Below are positions 62,735 to 64,000 of a stretch of DNA of 64,000 nt, piece by piece (the first letter of the stretch is position 1; the number at the start of each line of letters is the position of its first letter). The position numbers were made by a program, and so were the translations under genes. The DNA is from Chiloscyllium plagiosum (taxonomy: Eukaryota), in assembly GCF_004010195.1 (NCBI RefSeq), contig NC_057751.1, positions 7,778,137 to 7,842,136 on the forward strand. Reading direction: 5' to 3'. A model generated the notes under the pieces. The model had not been told where the DNA came from, ran no database searches, and worked only from the letters and a program-made list of their open reading frames with translations.

Positions 62735-63240
62735 TCTCCAGTGCTTGAGAGGGCGCAGAAAAGATTTTGCGAGGATGTTGCCAGGTTTGCAGGGTTTGAG
62801 CTACAGGGAGAGGCTGAATAGGCTGGGGCTGTTTTTGCCTGGCGTGTCGGAGACTGAGGGGTGACCTTATAGAGGTTTATAAAATCATGAAGGGCATGGA
62901 TAGGGTAATTGGGCAAGATTTTTCTCTCCAGGAGATAGAAGTCCAAATCTATTTGGCATGGGCTTAAAGTGACAGGGGCATGATTTAAAAGGGACCTAAG
63001 GGGCAATGTTTTCACACAGAGGGTGGTACATGCATAGAATGAGCTGCCAGAGGAAGTGGTGGAGGCTGGTACAATTACAACATTTAAAAGGAATCTGGAT
63101 GGATATATGAATAGGAAGTGTTTCGAGGGATATGGGCCAGGTGCTGGCAAATGGGACTAGATTAGGTTGGGATATCTGGTCGGCATGGATGAGTTGGACC
63201 AAAGGGTCTGTTTCTGCGCTGTCCAACTCTACGGCTCTCA
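62735..63240 (+). mobile_element. CR1/HER1 LINE 3' fragment
   Basis: gagagggcgcagaaaagattttgcgaggatgttgccagg...gacctaaggggcaatgttttcacacagagggtgg...aagggtctgtttc. Confidence 0.85.
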
Positions 63241-63684
63241 GTATGAATGTTACTCAAGTTTCAGAGTCCTGGAAACACTATCCTCTTTCATTAACGTTGA
63301 CCTCTGAAAAAGCGAAGTGACATCGCTAAGAACAAAATACTTTTGGAATGCTTTGTTCTTAAGACCCAACTGTCATGTCAACGTTTTACGTTAGTCTGGT
63401 GCAAAGTGAGGGGTTTTGGTTAAAAACAAAAGATCTCTGATGTGTTGCAAGTTCCCATCAGCACAAGTCAGAAGATTTGAAAAAAACCTTCCGTTTGATA
63501 AACCCAGTGTGCGGCTGCCCTTTCAGCTCAATAACAACAGCCTTCCCTGCAAGAGTGAACAATTAAAGAGGCAGAGACTGCAGGGGAAATCCACAGAGAC
63601 TGGTGATGAGGACCAAACTCTCATCAATTAGTTTGTGGAACTGAACATCTCATGCTGGAATGATCGTGTCCAACAGTGTGCCAG

Positions 63685-63930
63685 CTGTGGCTCAACAGGC
63701 AGCATTCTCCCCTCAGAACCACAAGGTCTCAAGTTCAAGTCCCATTGCAGAAAACAAGAGCGGTGAAATATTAAGGATGACACTCAGTGTAATCACTGCC
63801 AGACATGTGTCTTTCAGACAAGACTCCAAATCAAGGTTTTGCCTGCCTAAAAGGCAGATGTTCAAATTGAATATATTTATTTGGGACCGAGAGTTGTCTC
63901 CTGGTGTCCTGTACAAAATCTGGACCTTGA
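63685..63930 (+). mobile_element. DeuSINE-like SINE, diverged
   Basis: ctgtggctcaacaggcagcattctc...aagttcaagtcccattgcag...gagttgtctcctggtgtcctg. Confidence 0.45.
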
Positions 63931-63955
63931 TCGATATTTCTTTCTCTTCCATAAA

Positions 63956-64000
63956 GTGAAGGGCTTTTTCCCGAAACGTCGATTCTCCTGCTCCTCGGAT
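63956..64000 (+). mobile_element. Family A element start, cut by the window edge
   Basis: gtgaagggctttttcccgaaacgtcgattctcctgctcctcggat. Confidence 0.65.

Noticed and set aside
62458..63150. Longest ORF in the track (230 aa, minus)
   Set aside because: Antisense read-through of CR1 fragments.
1..64000. CRISPR arrays, operons or other prokaryotic systems
   Set aside because: No regularly spaced repeats or dense coding; the sequence is vertebrate repeat-rich DNA.

Overview
This is eukaryotic, repeat-dense genomic DNA, most likely from a shark or other elasmobranch. That is inferred from HE1-type V-SINEs, CR1/HER1-type LINE tails and DeuSINE-like elements. I could not identify any host protein-coding gene, rRNA, bona fide tRNA or CRISPR array, so the window reads as intergenic or deep-intronic. 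The recognisable ORFs are decayed retroelement fragments: CR1 ORF1 SGNH-esterase and ORF2 EN/RT, Rex1/Babar RT, L2, and Penelope-like RT and GIY-YIG. The most interesting signal is RNA-structural. At least four families of Penelope-like terminal repeats carry minimal hammerhead ribozyme cores (CUGANGA-N-stem II-GAAA-palindromic stem III-UH). One family occurs as short (about 120-230 bp) non-coding fold-back insertions with 14-16 bp target-site duplications, one fixed end and one variable microhomology-defined end. Other notable items are a ~215-bp-arm inverted duplication that includes non-repeat sequence, and a degenerate (GAN)46 tract next to a G27 run. Repeat family names come from motif recognition, not database searches. 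Repeat boundaries are approximate (about +/-10-30 bp) unless a TSD or motif is quoted.
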